Shown: positions 48,801 through 61,500 of the stretch, in pieces
How the letters are laid out: the number at the start of each line of letters is the position of its first letter
How positions within the stretch are numbered: position 1 is the stretch's first letter
NCBI GenBank assembly: GCA_964016885.1
Contig: OZ024744.1
Location: 130,572,001 to 130,636,000 of the forward strand
From: Eledone cirrhosa
Lineage: Eukaryota
Length of the DNA stretch: 64,000 nt
Reading direction: 5' to 3'
Notes under the pieces: generated by a model
Databases searched by the model: none
Seen by the model: only the letters and a program-made list of their open reading frames with translations
Told to the model about the DNA's origin: nothing
Translations under genes and position numbers: made by a program

Positions 48801-51000
48801 AGTTGGGGTTAAGTTAAGTTGGGGTTAAGTTAAGTTGGGGTTTATTTAAGTTGGGGTTAAGTTAAGTTGGGGTTCAGTTAAGTTGGGGTTCAGTTAAGTT
48901 GGGGTTAAGTTAAGTTGGGGTTAAGATGGGGTTAAATTACGTTGGAGTTAAGTTAAGTTGGGGTTAAGTTAAGTTGGGGTTAAGTTAAGTTGGGGTTAAG
49001 TTAAGTCGGGGTTAATTTAAGTCGGGGTTAAGTTAAGTTAGGGTTAAGTTAAGTTGGGGTTAAGTTAAGTTGGGGTTGAGTTAAGTTCGGGTTGAGTTAA
49101 ATTGGGGTTGAGTTAAGTTGGGGTTGAGTTAAGTTGGTGTTGAGTTAAGTTGGGGTTAAGTTAAATTGGGGTTAAGTTAAGTTGCAGTTAAGTTAAGTTG
49201 AGGTTAAGTTAAGGTGCGGGTAAGTTAAGTTGGGCTTAAGTTAAGTTGGGGCTAAGTTAAGTTGGGGCTCAGTTAAGTTGGGGCTAAGTTAAGTTGGGGT
49301 TAAGTTAAGTTGGGGTTAAGTTAAGTCGGGGTTAAGTTAAGTTGTGGTTAAGTTAAGTTGGGGTTAATTTAAGTTGGGGTTAAGTTAAGTTGGGGTTAAG
49401 TTAAGTTGGGGTTAAGTTAAGTTGGGTTTAAGTTAAGTTGGGGTTAAGTTAAGTTGGGGTTGAGTTAAGTTGGGGCTGAGTTAATTTGGGGTTAATTTAA
49501 GTTGGGGTTAAGTTAAGTTGGGTTTAAGTTAAGTTGGGGTTAAATTAAGTTGGGGTTAAATTAAGTTGGGGTTAAGTTAAGTTGGGGGTAAGTTAAGTTG
49601 GGGGCAAGTTAAGTTGGGGTTAATTTAAGTTGGGGTTAAATTAAGTTGGGGTTACGTTAAGTTGGTGTTAAGTTAAGTTGGGGTTAATTTAAGTTGGGGT
49701 TAATTAAGTTGGGGTTAAGTTAAGTTGGGGTTAAGTTAAGTTGGGGTTAATTTAAGTTAGGGTTAAGTTAAGTCGGGGTTAAGTTAAGTTGGGGTTAAGT
49801 TAAGTTGGGGTTAAGTTAAGTTGGTTAGTTAAGTTGAGTTTAAGTTAAGTTGGGGTTAATTTAAGTTGGGGTTAAGTTAAGCTGGGGTTAAGTTAAGTTG
49901 GGGTTAAGTTAAGTTGGGGTTAATTTAAGTTGGGGTTAAGTTAAGTTGCGGGTAATTTAAGTTGGGGTTAAGTTAAGTTGGGGTTAAGTTAAGTTGGGGT
50001 TAAGTTAAGTTGGGGTTAAGTTAATTTGGGGTTAAGTTAAGTTGGGGCTAATTTAAGTTGGGGCTGAGTTAAGTTGGGGTTAAGTTAAGCTGGGGTTAAG
50101 TTAAGTTGGGGTTAAGTTAAGTTGGGGTTAAGTTAAGTTGGGGTTTATTTAAGTTGGGGTAAGTTAAGTTGGGGATCAGTTAAGTTGGGGTTCAGTTAAG
50201 TTGGGGTTAAGTTAAGTTGGGGTTAAGATGGGGTTAAATTACGTTGGGGTTAAGTTAAGTTGGGGTTAAGTTAAGTTGGGGTTAAGTTAAGTCGGGGTTA
50301 ATTTAAGTCGGGGTTAAGTTAAGTTAGGGTTCAGTTAAGTTGGGGTTAAGTTAAGTTGGGGTTGAGTTAAGTTGGGGTTGAGTTAAATTGGGGTTGAGTT
50401 AAGTTGGGGTTGAGTTAAGTTGGTGTTGAGTTAAGTTGGGGTTAAGTTAAATTGGGGTTAAGTTAAGTTGCAGTTAAGTTAAGTTGAGGTTAAGTTAAGG
50501 TGCGGGTAAGTTAAGTTGGGCTTAAGTTAAGTTGGGGCTAAGTTAAGTTGGGGCTCAGTTAAGTTGGGGCTAAGTTAAGTTGGGGTTAAGTTAAGTTGGG
50601 GTTAAGTTAAGTCGGGGTTAAGTTAAGTTGGGGTTAAGTTAAGTTGGGGTTAATTTAAGTTGGGGTTAAGTTAAGTTGGGGTTAAGTTAAGTTGGGGTTA
50701 AGTTAAGTTGGGTTTAAGTTAAGTTGGGGTTAAGTTAAGTTGGGGTTGAGTTAAGTTGGGGCTGAGTTAATTTGGGGTTAAGTTAAGTTGGGGTTAAGTT
50801 AAGTTGGGTTTAAGTTAAGTTGGGGTTAAATTAAGTTGGGGTTAAATTAAGTTGGGGTTAAGTTAAGTTGGGGGTAAGTTAAGTTGGGGGCAAGTTAAGT
50901 TGGGGTTAATTTAAGTTGGGGTTAAATTAAGTTGGGGTTACGTTAAGTTGGTGTTAAGTTAAGTTGGGGTTAATTTAAGTTGGGGTTAATTAAGTTGGGG
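45850..51000 (+). repeat. ~1.3-kb higher-order repeat, about four tandem copies
   Basis: The GCAG of the GTTGCAGTT marker is at 46561, 47864, 49184 and 50470 (spacings 1303, 1320, 1286). Each copy has the same order TGCGGGTAATT, TTTATTT, AAGATGGGG-AAATTACG, GCAG, GGTGCGGG, GGGCTT, GGGGCTCAG, GGGGGCAAG. Confidence 0.85.
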
Positions 51001-53339
51001 TTAAGTTAAGTTGGGGTTAAGTTAAGTTGGGGTTAATTTAAGTTGGGGTTGAGTTAAGTTGGGGTTAAGTTAAGTTGGGGTTATATTAAGTTGGGGTTAA
51101 GTTAAGTTGGGGTTCAGTTAAGTTGGGGTTAAGTTAAGTTGGGGTTAAGTTAAGTTGAGGTTAAGTTAAGTTGGGGTTAAGTTAAGTTGGTGTTAAGTTA
51201 AGTTGGGGCTAAGTTAAGTTGGGGTTGAGTTAAGTTGGGGTTAAGTTGGGGTTAAGTTAAGTTACGTTTAAGTTAAGTTGGGGTTAAGTTAAGTTGAGGT
51301 TAAGTTAAGTTGTGGTTAAGTTAAGTTGGGGTTAAGTTAAGTTGGGGTTAAGTTAAGTCGGGGTTAAGTTAAGTTGGGGTTAATTTAAGTTGGGGTTAAT
51401 TTAAGTTGGGGTTAAGTTAAGTTGGGGTTAAGTTAAGTTGGGGTTAAGTTAATTGGGGTTAAGTTGGGGTTAAGTTAAGTTGAGGTTAAGTTAAGTTGGG
51501 GTTAAATTAAGTTTGGGTTAAGTTAAGTTGGGGTTAAGTTAAGTTGGGGTTAAGTTAAGTTGGGGATAAGTTAAGTTGGGGATAATTTAAGTTGGGGTTA
51601 AGTTAAGTTGGGTTTAAGTTAAGTTGGGGTTAAGTTAAGTTGGGGTTAAGTTAAGTTGGGGTTAAGTTAAGTTGGGGTTAATTTAAGTTGGGGTTAAGTT
51701 AAGTTGCAGGTAATTTAAGTTGGGGTTAAGTTAAGTTGGGGTTAAGTTAAGTTGGGGTTAAGTTAAGTTGGGGTTAAGTTAAGTTGGGGTTAAGTTAAGT
51801 TGGGGCTAATTTAAATTGGGGCTGAGTTAAGTTGGGGTTAAGTTAAGTTGGGGTTAAGTTAAGTTGGGGTTAAGTTAAGTTGGGGTTAAGTTAAGTTGGG
51901 GTTTATTTAAGTTGGGGTTAAGTTAAGTTGGGGTTCAGTTAAGTTGGGGTTCAGTTAAGTTGGGGTTAAGTTAAGTTGGGGTTAAGATGGGGTTAAATTA
52001 CGTTGGAGTTAAGTTAAGTTGGGGTTAAGTTAAGTTGGGGTTAAGTTGGGGTTAAGTTAAGTTAGGTATAAGTTAAGTTGGGGTTAAGTTAAGTTGGGGT
52101 TAAGTTAAGTTGTGGTTAAGTTAAGTTGGGGTTAAGTTAAGTTGGGGTTAAGTTAAGTCGGGGTTAAGTTAAGTTGGGGTTAAGTTAAGTTGGGGTTAAT
52201 TTAAGTTGGGGTTAAGTTAAGTTGGGGTTAAGTTAAGTTGGGGTTAAGTTAATTGGGGTTAAGTTAAGTTGGGGTTAAGTTAAGTTGAGGTTAAGTTAAG
52301 TTGGGGTTAAATTAAGTTTGGGTTAAGTTAAGTTGGGGTTAAGTTAAGTTGGGGTTAAGTTAAGTTGGGGTAAGTTAAGTTGGGGATAATTTAAGTTGGG
52401 GTTAAGTTAAGTTGGGTTTAAGTTAAGTTGGGGTTAAGTTAAGTTGGGGTTAAGTTAAGTTGGGGTTAAGTTAAGTTGGGGTTAAGTTAAGTTGGGGCTA
52501 AGTTAAGTTGGGGCTGAGTTAAGTTGGGGTTAAGTTAAGTTGGGGTTAAGTTAAGTTGGGGTTAAGTTAAGTTGGGGTTAATTTAAGTTGGGGTTAAGTT
52601 AAGTTGGGGTTCAGTTAAGTTGGGGTTCAGTTAAGTTGGGGTTAAGTTAAGTTGGGGTTAAGATGGGGTTAAATTACGTTGGAGTTAAGTTAAGTTGGGG
52701 TTAAGTTAAGTTGGGGTTAAGTTAAGTTGGGGTTAAGTTAAGTCGGGGTTAATTTAAGTCGGGGTTAAGTTAAGTTAGGGTTCAGTTAAGTTGGGGTTAA
52801 GTTAAGTTGGGGTTGAGTTAAGTTGGGGTTGAGTTAAATTGGGGTTGAGTTAAGTTGGGGTTGAGTTAAGTTGGTGTTGAGTTAAGTTGGGGTTAAGTTA
52901 AATTGAGGTTAAGTTAAGTTGCAGTTAAGTTAAGTTGAGGTTAAGTTAAGGTGCGGTTAAGTTAAGTTGGGGTTAAGTTAAGTTGGGGTTAAGTTAAGTT
53001 GGGGTTAAGTTAAGTTGGGGTTAAGTTAAGTTGGGGTTAAGTTAATTTGTGGTTAAGTTAAGTTGTGGTTAAGTTAAGTTGGGGTTAAGTTAAGTTGGGG
53101 TTAAGTTAAGTCGGGGTTAAGTTAAGTTGGGGTTAAGTTAAGTTGGGGTTAATTTAAGTTGGGGATAATTTAAGTTGGGGTTAAGTTAAGTTGGGTTTAA
53201 GTTAAGTTGGGGTTAAGTTAAGTTGGGGATAAGTTAAGTTGGGGTTAAGTTAAGTTGGGGTTAAATTAAGTTGGGGTTAAGTTAAGTTGGGGCTAAGTTA
53301 TGTTGGGGCTGAGTTAAGTTGGGGTTAAGTTAAGTTGGG

Positions 53340-56300
53340 GTTAAGTTAAGTTGGGGTTAATTTAAGTTGGGGTTTATTTAAGTTGGGGTTAAGTTAAGTT
53401 GGGGTTCAGTTAAGTTGGGGTTAAGTTAAGTTGGGGTTAAGATGGGGTTAAATTAAGTTGGGGTTAAGTTAAGTTGGGGTTAAGTTAAGTTGGGGTTAAG
53501 TTAAGTCGGGGTTAAGTTAAGTCGGGGTTAAGTTAAGTTAGGGGTAAGTTAAGTTGGGGGCAAGTTAAGTTGGGGTTAATTTAAGTTGGGGTTAAATTAA
53601 GTTGGGGTTAAGTTAAGTTGGTGTTAAGTTAAGTTGGGGTTAATTTAAGTTGGGGTTAATTAAGTTGGGGTTAAGTTAAGTTGGGGTTAAGTTAAGTTGG
53701 GGTTAATTTAAGTTGGGGTTGAGTTAAGTTGGGGTTAAGTTAAGTTGGGGTTATATTAAGTTGGGGTTAAGTTAAGTTGGGGTTCAGTTAAGTTGGGGTT
53801 AAGTTAAGTTGGGGTTAAGTTAAGTTGAGGTTAACTTAAGTTGGGGTTAAGTTAAGTTGGTGTTAAGTTAAGTTGGGGCTAAGTTAAGTTGGGGCTGAGT
53901 TAAGTTGGGGCTGAGTTAAGTTGGGGCTAAGTTAAGTTGGGGTTGAGTTAAGTTGGGGTTAAGTTGGGGTTAAGTTAAGTTAGGTTTAAGTTAAGTTGGG
54001 GTTAAGTTAAGTTGGGGTTAAGTTAAGTTGGGGTTAAGTTAAGTTGGGGTTAAGTTAAGTTGGGGTTAAGTTAAGTTGGGGTTAAGTTAATCTGTGGTTA
54101 AGTTAAGTTGTGGTTAAGTTAAGTTGGGGTTAAGTTAAGTTGGGGTTAAGTTAAGTCGGGGTTAAGTTAAGTTGGGGTTAAGTTAAGTTGGGGTTAATTT
54201 AAGTTGGGGTTAAGTTAAGTTGGGGTTAAGTTAAGTTGGGGTTAAGTTAAGTCGGGGTTAAGTTAAGTTGGGGTTAAGTTAAGTTGGGGTTAAGTTAAGT
54301 TGGTTAGTTAAGTTGAGTTTAAGTTAAGTTGGGGTTAATTTAAGTTGGGGTTAAGTTAAGCTGGGGTTAAGTTAAGTTGGGGTTAAGTTAAGTTGGGGTT
54401 AATTTAAGTTGGGGTTAAGTTAAGTTGCGGGTAATTTAAGTTGGGGTTAAGTTAAGTTGGGGTTAAGTTAAGTTGGGGTTAAGTTAAGTTGGGGTTAAGT
54501 TAATTTGGGGTTAAGTTAAGTTGGGGCTAATTTAAGTTGGGGCTGAGTTAAGTTGGAGTTAAGTTAAGCTGGGGTTAAGTTAAGTTGGGGTTAAGTTAAG
54601 TTGGGGTTAAGTTAAGTTGGGGTTTATTTAAGTTGGGGTTAAGTTAAGTTGGGGTTCAGTTAAGTTGGGGTTCAGTTAAGTTTGGGTTAAGTTAAGTTGG
54701 GGTTAAGATGGGGTTAAATTACGTTGGAGTTAAGTTAAGTTGGGGTTAAGTTAAGTTGGGGTTAAGTTAAGTTGGGGTTAAGTTAAGTCGGGGTTAATTT
54801 AAGTCGGGGTTAAGTTAAGTTAGGGTTCAGTTAAGTTGGGGTTAAGTTAAGTTGGGGTTGAGTTAAGTTGGGGTTGAGTTAAATTGGGGTTGAGTTAAGT
54901 TGGGGTTGAGTTAAGTTGGTGTTGAGTTAAGTTGGGGTTAAGTTAAATTGGGGTTAAGTTAAGTTGCAGTTAAGTTAAGTTGAGGTTAAGTTAAGGTGCG
55001 GGTAAGTTAAGTTGGGCTTAAGTTAAGTTGGGGCTAAGTTAAGTTGGGGCTCAGTTAAGTTGGGGCTAAGTTAAGTTGGGGTTAAGTTAAGTTGGGGTTA
55101 AGTTAAGTCGGGGTTAAGTTAAGTTGGGGTTAATTTAAGTTGGGGTTAATTTAAGTTGGGGTTAAGTTAAGTTGGGGTTAAGTTAAGTTGGGGTTAAGTT
55201 AAGTTGGGTTTAAGTTAAGTTGGGGTTAAGTTAAATTGGGGTTGAGTTAAGTTGGGGCTGAGTTAATTTGGGGTTAAGTTAAGTTGGGGTTAAGTTAAGT
55301 TGGGTTTAAGTTAAGTTGGGGTTAAATTAAGTTGGGGTTAAATTAAGTTGGGGTTAAGTTAAGTTGGGGGTAAGTTAAGTTGGGGGCAAGTTAAGTTGGG
55401 GTTAATTTAAGTTGGGGTTAAATTAAGTTGGGGTTACGTTAAGTTGGTGTTAAGTTAAGTTGGGGTTAATTTAAGTTGGGGTTAATTAAGTTGGGGTTAA
55501 GTTAAGTTGGGGTTAAGTTAAGTTGGGGTTAATTTAAGTTGGGGTTAAGTTAAGTCGGGGTTAAGTTAAGTTGGGGTTAAGTTAAGTTGGGGTTAAGTTA
55601 AGTTGGTTAGTTAAGTTGAGTTTAAGTTAAGTTGGGGTTAATTTAAGTTGGGGTTAAGTTAAGCTGGGGTTAAGTTAAGTTGGGGTTAAGTTAAGTTGGG
55701 GTTAATTTAAGTTGGGGTTAAGTTAAGTTGCGGGTAATTTAAGTTGGGGTTAAGTTAAGTTGGGGTTAAGTTAAGTTGGGGTTAAGTTAAGTTGGGGTTA
55801 AGTTAATTTGGGGTTAAGTTAAGTTGGGGCTAATTTAAGTTGGGGCTGAGTTAAGTTGGGGTTAAGTTAAGCTGGGGTTAAGTTAAGTTGGGGTTAAGTT
55901 AAGTTGGGGTTAAGTTAAGTTGGGGTTTATTTAAGTTAGGTTTAAGTTAAGTTGGGGTTAAGTTAAGTTGGGGTTAAGTTAAGTTGTGGTTAAGTTAAGT
56001 TGGGGTTAAGTTAAGTTGGGGTTAATTTAAGTTGGGGTTTATTTAAGTTGGGGTTAAGTTAAGTTGGGGTTCAGTTAAGTTGGGGTTAAGTTAAGTTGGG
56101 GTTAAGATGGGGTTAAATTAAGTTGGGGTTAAGTTAAGTTGGGGTTAAGTTAAGTTGGGGTTAAGTTAAGTCGGGGTTAAGTTAAGTCGGGGTTAAGTTA
56201 AGTTAGGGGTAAGTTAAGTTGGGGGCAAGTTAAGTTGGGGTTAATTTAAGTTGGGGTTAAATTAAGTTGGGGTTAAGTTAAGTTGGTGTTAAGTTAAGTT

Positions 56301-58540
56301 GGGGTTAATTTAAGTTGGGGTTAATTAAGTTGGGGTTAAGTTAAGTTGGGGTTAAGTTAAGTTGGGGTTAATTTAAGTTGGGGTTGAGTTAAGTTGGGGT
56401 TAAGTTAAGTTGGGGTTATATTAAGTTGGGGTTAAGTTAAGTTGGGGTTCAGTTAAGTTGGGGTTAAGTTAAGTTGGGGTTAAGTTAAGTTGAGGTTAAC
56501 TTAAGTTGGGGTTAAGTTAAGTTGGTGTTAAGTTAAGTTGGGGCTAAGTTAAGTTGGGGCTGAGTTAAGTTGGGGCTGAGTTAAGTTGGGGCTAAGTTAA
56601 GTTGGGGTTGAGTTAAGTTGGGGTTAAGTTGGGGTTAAGTTAAGTTAGGTTTAAGTTAAGTTGGGGTTAAGTTAAGTTGGGGTTAAGTTAAGTTGGGGTT
56701 AAGTTAAGTTGGGGTTAAGTTAAGTTGGGGTTAAGTTAAGTTGGGGTTAAGTTAATCTGTGGTTAAGTTAAGTTGTGGTTAAGTTAAGTTGGGGTTAAGT
56801 TAAGTTGGGGTTAAGTTAAGTCGGGGTTAAGTTAAGTTGGGGTTAAGTTAAGTTGGGGTTAATTTAAGTTGGGGTTAAGTTAAGTTGGGGTTAAGTTAAG
56901 TTGGGGTTAAGTTAAGTCGGGGTTAAGTTAAGTTGGGGTTAAGTTAAGTTGGGGTTAAGTTAAGTTGGTTAGTTAAGTTGAGTTTAAGTTAAGTTGGGGT
57001 TAATTTAAGTTGGGGTTAAGTTAAGCTGGGGTTAAGTTAAGTTGGGGTTAAGTTAAGTTGGGGTTAATTTAAGTTGGGGTTAAGTTAAGTTGCGGGTAAT
57101 TTAAGTTGGGGTTAAGTTAAGTTGGGGTTAAGTTAAGTTGGGGTTAAGTTAAGTTGGGGTTAAGTTAATTTGGGGTTAAGTTAAGTTGGGGCTAATTTAA
57201 GTTGGGGCTGAGTTAAGTTGGGGTTAAGTTAAGCTGGGGTTAAGTTAAGTTGGGGTTAAGTTAAGTTGGGGTTAAGTTAAGTTGGGGTTTATTTAAGTTG
57301 GGGTTAAGTTAAGTTGGGGTTCAGTTAAGTTGGGGTTCAGTTAAGTTTGGGTTAAGTTAAGTTGGGGTTAAGATGGGGTTAAATTACGTTGGAGTTAAGT
57401 TAAGTTGGGGTTAAGTTAAGTTGGGGTTAAGTTAAGTTGGGGTTAAGTTAAGTCGGGGTTAATTTAAGTCGGGGTTAAGTTAAGTTAGGGTTCAGTTAAG
57501 TTGGGGTTAAGTTAAGTTGGGGTTGAGTTAAGTTGGGGTTGAGTTAAATTGGGGTTGAGTTAAGTTGGGGTTGAGTTAAGTTGGTGTTGAGTTAAGTTGG
57601 GGTTAAGTTAAATTGGGGTTAAGTTAAGTTGCAGTTAAGTTAAGTTGAGGTTAAGTTAAGGTGCGGGTAAGTTAAGTTGGGCTTAAGTTAAGTTGGGGCT
57701 AAGTTAAGTTGGGGCTCAGTTAAGTTGGGGCTAAGTTAAGTTGGGGTTAAGTTAAGTTGGGGTTAAGTTAAGTCGGGGTTAAGTTAAGTTGGGGTTAATT
57801 TAAGTTGGGGTTAATTTAAGTTGGGGTTAAGTTAAGTTGGGGTTAAGTTAAGTTGGGGTTAAGTTAAGTTGGGTTTAAGTTAAGTTGGGGTTAAGTTAAA
57901 TTGGGGTTGAGTTAAGTTGGGGCTGAGTTAATTTGGGGTTAAGTTAAGTTGGGGTTAAGTTAAGTTGGGTTTAAGTTAAGTTGGGGTTAAATTAAGTTGG
58001 GGTTAAATTAAGTTGGGGTTAAGTTAAGTTGGGGGTAAGTTAAGTTGGGGGCAAGTTAAGTTGGGGTTAATTTAAGTTGGGGTTAAATTAAGTTGGGGTT
58101 ACGTTAAGTTGGTGTTAAGTTAAGTTGGGGTTAATTTAAGTTGGGGTTAATTAAGTTGGGGTTAAGTTAAGTTGGGGTTAAGTTAAGTTGGGGTTAATTT
58201 AAGTTGGGGTTAAGTTAAGTCGGGGTTAAGTTAAGTTGGGGTTAAGTTAAGTTGGGGTTAAGTTAAGTTGGTTAGTTAAGTTGAGTTTAAGTTAAGTTGG
58301 GGTTAATTTAAGTTGGGGTTAAGTTAAGCTGGGGTTAAGTTAAGTTGGGGTTAAGTTAAGTTGGGGTTAATTTAAGTTGGGGTTAAGTTAAGTTGCGGGT
58401 AATTTAAGTTGGGGTTAAGTTAAGTTGGGGTTAAGTTAAGTTGGGGTTAAGTTAAGTTGGGGTTAAGTTAATTTGGGGTTAAGTTAAGTTGGGGCTAATT
58501 TAAGTTGGGGCTGAGTTAAGTTGGGGTTAAGTTAAGCTGG
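53340..58540 (+). repeat. 2665-bp near-perfect tandem duplication
   Basis: Three rare markers share an identical 2665-bp offset: TTAATCTGTGG 54091/56756, TTCAGTTAAGTTTGGG 54681/57346, TTAAATTGGGGTTGAG 55231/57896. Confidence 0.88.
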
Positions 58541-61500
58541 GGTTAAGATGGGGTTAAATTACGTTGGAGTTAAGTTAAGTTGGGGTTAAGTTAAGTTGGG
58601 GTTAAGTTAAGTTGGGGTTAAGTTAAGTCGGGGTTAATTTAAGTCGGGGTTAAGTTAAGTTAGGGTTCAGTTAAGTTGGGGTTAAGTTAAGTTGGGGTTG
58701 AGTTAAGTTGGGGTTGAGTTAAATTGGGGTTTAGTTAAGTTGGGGTTGAGTTAAGTTGGTGTTGAGTTAAGTTGGGGTTAAGTTAAATTGGGGTTAAGTT
58801 AAGTTGTAGTTAAGTTAAGTTGAGGTTAAGTTAAGTTGGGTTTAAGTTAAGTTGGGGTTAAGTTAAGTTGGGGATAAGTTAAGTTGGGGCTCAGTTAAGT
58901 TGGGGCTAAGTTAAGTTGGGGTTAAGTTAAGTTGGGGTTAAGTTAAGTCGGGGTTAAGTTAAGTTGGGGTTAAGTTAAGTTGGGGTTAATTTAAGTTGGG
59001 GTTAAGTTAAGTTGGGGTTAAGTTAAGTTGGGGTTAAGTTAAGTTGGGTTTAAGTTAAGTTGGGGTTAAGTTAAGTTGGGGTTGAGTTAAGTTGGGGCTG
59101 AGTTAATTTGGGGTTAAGTTAAGTTGGGGTTAAGTTAAGTTGGGTTTAAGTTAAGTTGGGGTTAAATTAAGTTGGGGTTAAATTAAGTTGGGGTTAAGTT
59201 AAGTTGGGGGTAAGTTAAGTTGGGGGCAAGTTAAGTTGGGGTTAATTTAAGTTGGGGTTAAATTAAGTTGGGGTTACGTTAAGTTGGTGTTAAGTTAAGT
59301 TGGGGTTAATTTAAGTTGGGGTTAATTAAGTTGGGGTTAAGTTAAGTTGGGGTTAAGTTAAGTTGGGGTTAATTTAAGTTGGGGTTGAGTTAAGTTGGGG
59401 TTAAGTTAAGTTGGGGTTATATTAAGTTGGGGTTAAGTTAAGTTGGGGTTCAGTTAAGTTGGGGTTAAGTTAAGTTGGGGTTAAGTTAAGTTGAGGTTAT
59501 GTTAAGTTGGGGTTAAGTTAAGTTGGTGTTAAGTTAAGTTGGGGCTAAGTTAAGTTGGGGTTGAGTTAAGTTGGGGTTAAGTTGGGGTTAAGTTAAGTTA
59601 GGTTTAAGTTAAGTTGGGGTTAAGTTAAGTTGGGGTTAAGTTAAGTTGTGGTTAAGTTAAGTTGGGGTTAAGTTAAGTTGGGGTTAAGTTAAGTCGGGGT
59701 TAAGTTAAGTTGGGGTTAATTTAAGTTGGGGTTAATTTAAGTTGGGGTTAAGTTAAGTTGGGGTTAAGTTAAGTTGGGGTTAAGTTAATTGGGGTTAAGT
59801 TGGGGTTAAGTTAAGTTGAGGTTAAGTTAAGTTGGGGTTAAATTAAGTTTGGGTTAAGTTGGGGTTAAGTTAAGTTAGGTTTAAGTTAAGTTGGGGTTAA
59901 GTTAAGTTGGGTTTAAGTTAAGTTGGGGTTAAGTTAAGTTGGGGTTAAGTTAAGTTGGGGTTAAGTTAAGTTGGGGTTAATTTAAGTTGGGGTTAAGTTA
60001 AGTTGCGGGTAATTTAAGTTGGGGTTAAGTTAAGTTGGGGTTAAGTTAAGTTGGGGTTAAGTTAAGTTGGGGTTAAGTTAAGTTGGGGTTAAGTTAAGTT
60101 GGGGCTAATTTAAATTGGGGCTGAGTTAAGTTGGGGTTAAGTTAAGTTGGGGTTAAGTTAAGTTGGGGTTAAGTTAAGTTGGGGTTTATTTAAGTTGGGG
60201 TTAAGTTAAGTTGGGGTTCAGTTAATTTGGGGTTCAGTTAAGTTGGGGTTAAGTTAAGTTGGGGTTAAGATGGGGTTAAATTACGTTGGAGTTAAGTTAA
60301 GTTGGGGTTAAGTTAAGTTGGGGTTAAGTTGGGGTTAAGTTAAGTTAGGTTTAAGTTAAGTTGGGGTTAAGTTAAGTTGGGGTTAAGTTAAGTTGTGGTT
60401 AAGTTAAGTTGGGGTTAAGTTAAGTTGGGGTTAAGTTAAGTCGGGGTTAAGTTAAGTTGGGGTTAAGTTAAGTTGGGGTTAATTTAAGTTGGGGTTAAGT
60501 TAAGTTGGGGTTAAGTTAAGTTGGGGTTAAGTTAATTGGGGTTAAGTTAAGTTGGGGTTAAGTTAAGTTGAGGTTAAGTTAAGTTGGGGTTAAATTAAGT
60601 TTGGGTTAAGTTAAGTTGGGGTTAAGTTAAGTTGGGGTTAAGTTAAGTTGGGGTAAGTTAAGTTGGGGATAATTTAAGTTGGGGTTAAGTTAAGTTGGGT
60701 TTAAGTTAAGTTGGGGTTAAGTTAAGTTGGGGTTAAGTTAAGTTGGGGTTAAGTTAAGTTGGGGTTAAGTTAAGTTGGGGCTAATTTAAGTTGGGGCTGA
60801 GTTAAGTTGGGGTTAAGTTAAGTTGGGGTTAAGTTAAGTTGGGGTTAAGTTAAGTTGGGGTTAATTTAAGTTGGGGTTAAGTTAAGTTGGGGTTCAGTTA
60901 AGTTGGGGTTCAGTTAAGTTGGGGTTAAGTTAAGTTGGGGTTAAGATGGGGTTAAATTACGTTGGAGTTAAGTTAAGTTGGGGTTAAGTTAAGTTGGGGT
61001 TAAGTTAAGTTGGGGTTAAGTTAAGTCGGGGTTAATTTAAGTCGGGGTTAAGTTAAGTTAGGGTTCAGTTAAGTTGGGGTTAAGTTAAGTTGGGGTTGAG
61101 TTAAGTTGGGGTTGAGTTAAATTGGGGTTGAGTTAAGTTGGGGTTGAGTTAAGTTGGTGTTGAGTTAAGTTGGGGTTAAGTTAAATTGAGGTTAAGTTAA
61201 GTTGCAGTTAAGTTAAGTTGAGGTTAAGTTAAGGTGCGGTTAAGTTAAGTTGGGGTTAAGTTAAGTTGGGGTTAAGTTAAGTTGGGGTTAAGTTAAGTTG
61301 GGGTTAAGTTAAGTTGGGGTTAAGTTAATTTGTGGTTAAGTTAAGTTGTGGTTAAGTTAAGTTGGGGTTAAGTTAAGTTGGGGTTAAGTTAAGTCGGGGT
61401 TAAGTTAAGTTGGGGTTAAGTTAAGTTGGGGTTAATTTAAGTTGGGGATAATTTAAGTTGGGGTTAAGTTAAGTTGGGTTTAAGTTAAGTTGGGGTTAAG

